The notes beneath the pieces are model-generated. The model searched no databases, was not told where the DNA came from, and saw nothing but the letters and a program-made list of their open reading frames with translations. From contig CM060731.1 of NCBI GenBank assembly GCA_030704615.1, forward strand, positions 54,932,001 through 54,996,000: DNA of 64,000 nt. The letters run 5' to 3'. The position numbers were made by a program, and so were the translations under genes. Below, piece by piece: positions 60,201-64,000 of the stretch (position 1 is its first letter; each line of letters opens with the position of its first letter). This DNA is from Takakia lepidozioides (Eukaryota; Plantae; Bryophyta).

Positions 60201-62550
60201 AAACAGCCGCAAGCCAGCCCCTTGCATGTGAATTGTTTGTCGTCTAGGTAGCTTGTGATTGCTCCTGGACGGCCAACCGTTCTGCAAAGGGGGGACAGTT
60301 ACCCCATGTGTAGATTTTGCTCGTCTTGTGTAAACTTTGAGAATTGGTAAACCATTCAGGGTACCAAATCTTTCAGTTACACGACGCACAGGCTCCACAC
60401 ACATAGGGGCAGATTGTCCGTCAGACTGCTTGGGGACAATTACCCCGTGTATAGATTTTGCTCGTCTTGTGTAGACTTTGAGGATTGGTAAACCATTTAG
60501 AGTACCAAATCCTTCAGTTACACGACGTTCAGGCTCTGCACAATTAGGGACAGATTGTCCATCTGACGGCTTGGGGACAATTACCCCGTGTATAGAATTT
60601 GTTCGTCTTGTGTAAACCTTGAGGATTGGTAAATGGACTCTAGAGACTTAGCCGGGTTGGACCTATCAACCCACACTTCAGAGGCATTGGAGAATGTACT
60701 CATAAGACGTTGTTTGCTGTAGCCTTGTGGCCATTGACCCCGTGCCCAGTTTGAGCAGAACACAAAGGGACAGAAAACTACCTTTGTCAGGGGCTGATGC
60801 TGGTAGTATGAGTAACCTTGAAATAGACAATTTATCCGAGTTTTCCAGATATCCTCTAGAAATCCCTTCACACAAGCATCAATCTGCTCTGTGTCATTTG
60901 CCCGATAACTAGACCCCGAAAGGGCCTGGGCTTTTGGCTCAGCCTCGAGATTTTCGAAGTTGGTAAACAGAGGAGAGAGATGCAATAGATTGTACTCATA
61001 AGACGTTGTTTGCCGTAGCCTTGTGGCCATTGACCCTGCGCCCAGTTTGAGCGGGAACAAAAGGGACAGAACCTACCTCTCTCAGGGGCTGACGTTGGTA
61101 GTAAGACTTACCTTCATATATAAAATTAATCCGGGTTTTCCAGATATTCTCTAGAAATCCCTTCACACAAGCATCAATCTGCTGTGTGTGATTTGCCCAA
61201 AAACTAGGCCTCAGGAGGGCCTGGGCTTTTGGCTCAGCCTCGAGACTTTCAAAGTTGGTAAACAGGGGTACAGGCACAATTCCCTTGATAGATTTGAAGA
61301 GAGCGTCTCTTTGGTGAGAGAACCCCGGACAGTGTATCAGAAAATGAATACTGTCTTCAGATTGCCCACACAACGGGCAATTGCACTCTCCCTTTCCTCT
61401 CTGCTTCTGTTTGCTGTTCGAAGGTAGGCTTCCTGCCCTGAGTTTAAATTTCAGTCTAGTGCCGAGAGTGGGTAGACCCTTGAGGTCATCCAAGATGTCC
61501 TCCCCCATGTCACTGACTGGAAACAAGTTCAGGGAAGTTTTCTGCCTAACTTCATTTTCATCAGACAATCTCATGGCAACAGAAGAGATGCAATAGAGAG
61601 GGGGTGAGATTGTACTCATAAGACGTTGTTTGCCGTAGCCTTGTGGCCATTGACCCCGCGCCCAGTTTGAGCGGGAACAAATGGGACAGAACCTACCTTT
61701 GTCAGGGGCTGACGTTGGTAGTAAGACTTACCTTCATATAAAGAATTAATCCGGGTTTTCCAGATATCCTCTAGAAATCCCTTCACACAAGCATCAATCT
61801 GCTGTGTGTGATAGAGAGGGGGTGAGAGAACAGAACAAAGAAGAAAGGTGACTGAGACTGTTCGGACCCAGGGTGGTTGGTAATACATGTTTGGGTGCTG
61901 AGTGTGCCGCAGTTTATAAGTTGTGTCATGGTTGCGTGTGCATAGGGGTCGTCTGGAACAAGAAGGTGCTGCAAACTGGGGTAGACGATTGATGAGGTTT
62001 ATGTTTCCCTTCTCTGATCTTAGGAAGGGGAGGGAAGACAACGACTCAATTGTGACCTCCAGTTCAGCTGTATGACACCTGTTCCCATTTTGCATCTATG
62101 TTTTGCAGGTTTCTCCTGTTAACGAGTTAATTGTGTTCTTTCGCACTACAGAAATATGTATATCTTTTGTGAAGTCGTGGTCCTGCAGGAAAAGTGAAGT
62201 TACATATGTGCAATTGATATCACATCAAGTTCAGAGTTTCTGCTTGGATATAAAATTATTCTTCTGCTCAGCATATGCAAAGAATTAAATTATATTTTCG
62301 TGAGATTTGTTGAACCCCTTTAACCACTAAGCTGTTCAGGATCTTCGTAGATATATATGCACCAGTACCAAAATTGTGAGGTGTGCACATACAGGATGAT
62401 GGTCTGTATGATGAGAAGAACGCAGAGCTAGTGCGAGAGGATGCAGCTGGAGTTTCGAAGGAAGTGGAGACATTTGAGCTCCTGCGGGGTGAATTGGCTG
62501 CACTTGAATCTCGGCTCAGGCAATGTGCTGGCCAAACAACCTCTGACAGG
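45260..62550 (+). CDS. Plant LETM1-like (At3g11560-type) protein, multi-exon, continues beyond the window
   Basis: Phase-compatible exons 45260-45730, 46407-46498, 46910-47074, 47472-47859, 48321-48439, 48689-48761, 49147-49373, 49567-49638, 49840-50047, 50358-50567, 50769-50869, then possibly 55303-55349, and 62395-62550. Motifs LVQALHDAAR, WLGIDKNAWMK.L.YQA, VLERDLAVFGFF.ALGRST, VVCEEMEWLPFY, FELLRGEL..LE.R. Exon structure between 50.9 and 62.4 kb is unresolved. Confidence 0.9.
51468..53288 (-). mobile_element. Copia LTR retrotransposon, internally deleted (gag fragment fused to RT-RNase H, PPT, 390-bp 3' LTR)
   Basis: HMDVKTAFLNG, LYVDDLL, GYSDADWAG, ARTKHIDIKHHF; PPT TGAGTGGGAG; LTR 51857-51468 (TGTTAG...TTTCCAACA); gag-like piece 53130-53288. 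Confidence 0.93.
53341..53412 (+). tRNA. tRNA-like element in the TRIM 5' LTR (anticodon position reads GGT); probably not a translating tRNA
   Basis: A box TAGCTCAGTGG, B box GGTTCAATCCC, D stem GCTC/GAGC, T stem CTAGG/CCTAG, acceptor GGACGGG/CCTGACC with one mismatch; C instead of U at position 33. Confidence 0.7.
53562..53633 (+). tRNA. tRNA-like element in the TRIM 3' LTR (anticodon position reads GGA)
   Basis: Identical to the first copy except one base in the anticodon loop. Confidence 0.7.
54050..57046 (-). mobile_element. Older degenerate fragments of the LINE family (about 54050-54240, 54560-55020, 56180-57046)
   Basis: Similarity to the 3' end and late ORF2 of the 57-60 kb LINE. 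Confidence 0.75.
57047..60631 (-). mobile_element. LINE with APE endonuclease, RT and C-terminal CCHC; 5' truncated, internally deleted; 15-bp TSD
   Basis: QETW, CVYMP, G.FNARVG, NYRGITLL, FLDVKKAYD, GVAQGCTLSPLLF, YTYLG, RPALEYGS, CPLC....DSIHFLIHC; TSD aatgga(t/c)tctagaga at 57032-57046 and 60632-60646. Confidence 0.92.
60292..60631. repeat. About 2.4 copies of a 140-bp tandem repeat at the LINE 5' side
   Basis: ggggaca.ttacccc.tgt.taga.tttg.tcgtcttgtgta starts at about 60292, 60432 and 60573. Confidence 0.9.
60694..61810 (-). mobile_element. Three 5'-truncated LINE copies (60694-60975, 60990-61583, 61610-61810)
   Basis: Shared 3' end; TSDs agagatgcaataga (60976/61584) and atagagagggggtgaga (61593/61811). 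Confidence 0.92.
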
Positions 62551-62596
62551 GTGGGTCCCTTTCCTTACTAGCTCTACCTCTCTATTCAGCACTGCA

Positions 62597-62725
62597 TATG
62601 AAGGTAAGTCTTACTACCAATGTCAGCCCCTGACAGAGGTAGGTTCTGTCCCTTTTGTTTCCGCTCAAACTGGGCGCGTGGTCAATGGCCACAAGGCTAC
62701 GGCAAACAACGTCTTATGAGTACAA
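62597..62725 (+). mobile_element. 129-bp 5'-truncated LINE copy with 16-bp TSD
   Basis: TSD tctattcagcactgca at 62581-62596 and 62726-62741. Confidence 0.92.
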
Positions 62726-62741
62726 TCTATTCAGCACTGCA

Positions 62742-64000
62742 CCACTTCCTGGTTTGGACTGAGATCAAAGTTATTTCCCCAACACTCTGTGAAACGTTCG
62801 ATATGGAAGTGGTGCATAGAAAAATTCCAAAATGAAGAGGTCAAGGCTGAATATGTCCAGGCCTTGCAAGAGGCTCTCCCTCATTTGGTCCATTTGCTCC
62901 AAGATCTTCAGTCTCGCTCTGGCAATGCAAGAAATGAAGTTGAAAGAGTGGTGGATTCTTGGGAGAGCTTCGTATCCTCTATGGCTGACAAGATGATTGT
63001 CTGCAGTAGAGCTGTCAATTGGTGGACCAATGAGATCAAAGTCAAGATAGCCGAAAGACCGAGTCTTCTATGCATAATGGAAGTCAACAAAAAATTGTTG
63101 GCTAGGTACTACCAGATCTGCAAAGTATCAATCAGCTCATAAGGTCTCAGAAGAAATTATATTGGGACAAGTTATAAAGTGAAATAAAACTCAAATCACC
63201 ATGGTGGTAATAACAAGAGATTCTAGTTGGCCCTTCAACGTCTGTACAAGCCGAAGAATTGTCAGCAAGTACAAGCGTTGAGGAGTACTAAGGGTGCATT
63301 GGTTACATCAACGGTTGACGTTGTCAAAACCGAAACTCGCTACAGTACCCTTGGCAGAATTTCTAGGTTCTAATGTGAGGGGTTTTCTGAAGAATGGAAG
63401 GACACAGTAGAAGACATGTTTCTATAATTCAAGTCAGTCCTGAGATCAAACTCAGTGGTGACTTCAACAGTTGACAAAACCTTTGAAACTCACTACAGTA
63501 TCCTTGGCAGAAATTCTAGGTTTAGTGAGGGGTCTTCCAAAGAATAGAAGAACACAGTTGAAAAGACTGTTCCTATGATTCAAGGTAGCCCTGATGAACT
63601 GGAGTATATTTCAAAGGGTAAAGACACTCCCATTAGTTCTTCTGAGATTGTGGGGAGCAATTCAGCATTTAAACGGATATAAAGCTGGTGGACCCGATGG
63701 CATAGTCAACGAGCTTATCAAGCACGGTGGTGACCCCATTGTAGAAGCCCTTGTACTTCGCTTTAACCTTATCTTGAGGACTGAAATGATCCCCTTTCGC
63801 TGGCGACAGGGGGCCATTGTCAATCTACGCAAGAATGGTGACAGAGAAGAGCCAGGAAACTATCGAGGCATCACGCTTCAAAATGCAGTTGGCCTGATCT
63901 TTTGCAGAGTTATAAGTACTCGTCTCGAGGTTGATCTGGAGTCTCGAGGTTGTCTCCATGAAGGCCAAGCTGGCTTTCGGAGAAACAGGCTGTGTGGATC
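62742..64000 (+). mobile_element. Degenerate LINE ORF2 fragment running off the window
   Basis: Reverse-complement similarity to 58690-59610 (DSWESFVSSMADK, GYKAGGPDGIVNELIKHGG, NYRGIT); stops and an internal duplication. Confidence 0.9.

Overview
Repeat-rich eukaryotic nuclear DNA, most likely from a non-seed land plant (inferred from PLS-type PPR repeats, plant MSH3 and LETM1-like genes, and plant LTR lineages). From left to right: a Crinkler-like REase+kinase pseudogene (28-2118, -); degenerate PPR repeats broken by a non-chromovirus Gypsy fragment (3.6-8.4 kb); a 10-kb patchwork (8.6-18.7 kb) with a spliced ParB-like/N4-N6 DNA-methyltransferase-like gene, a second diverged paralog, a GCM-like zinc-finger ORF and two copies of a 2.2-kb unit holding a divergent pair of unknown paralogous ORFs; a truncated MSH3; Gypsy integrase plus an extra ORF; a 3.5-kb array of ~96-bp palindromic repeats whose core also occurs singly within the ParB-MTase patchwork; a complete chromovirus nested in another Gypsy; a Gypsy 3' end with a large unknown ORF; and a multi-exon LETM1-like gene (45.3 kb onward) whose introns hold a Copia fragment, a 366-bp TRIM with a full tRNA-like cloverleaf in each LTR, and many copies of a tail-less LINE. 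The best candidates for undescribed systems are the tRNA-carrying TRIM with its apparent Copia partner, and the ParB-MTase gene associated with GGCGCC-centred palindromes. Coordinates were read by eye and may be off by a few bases; no database searches were run.
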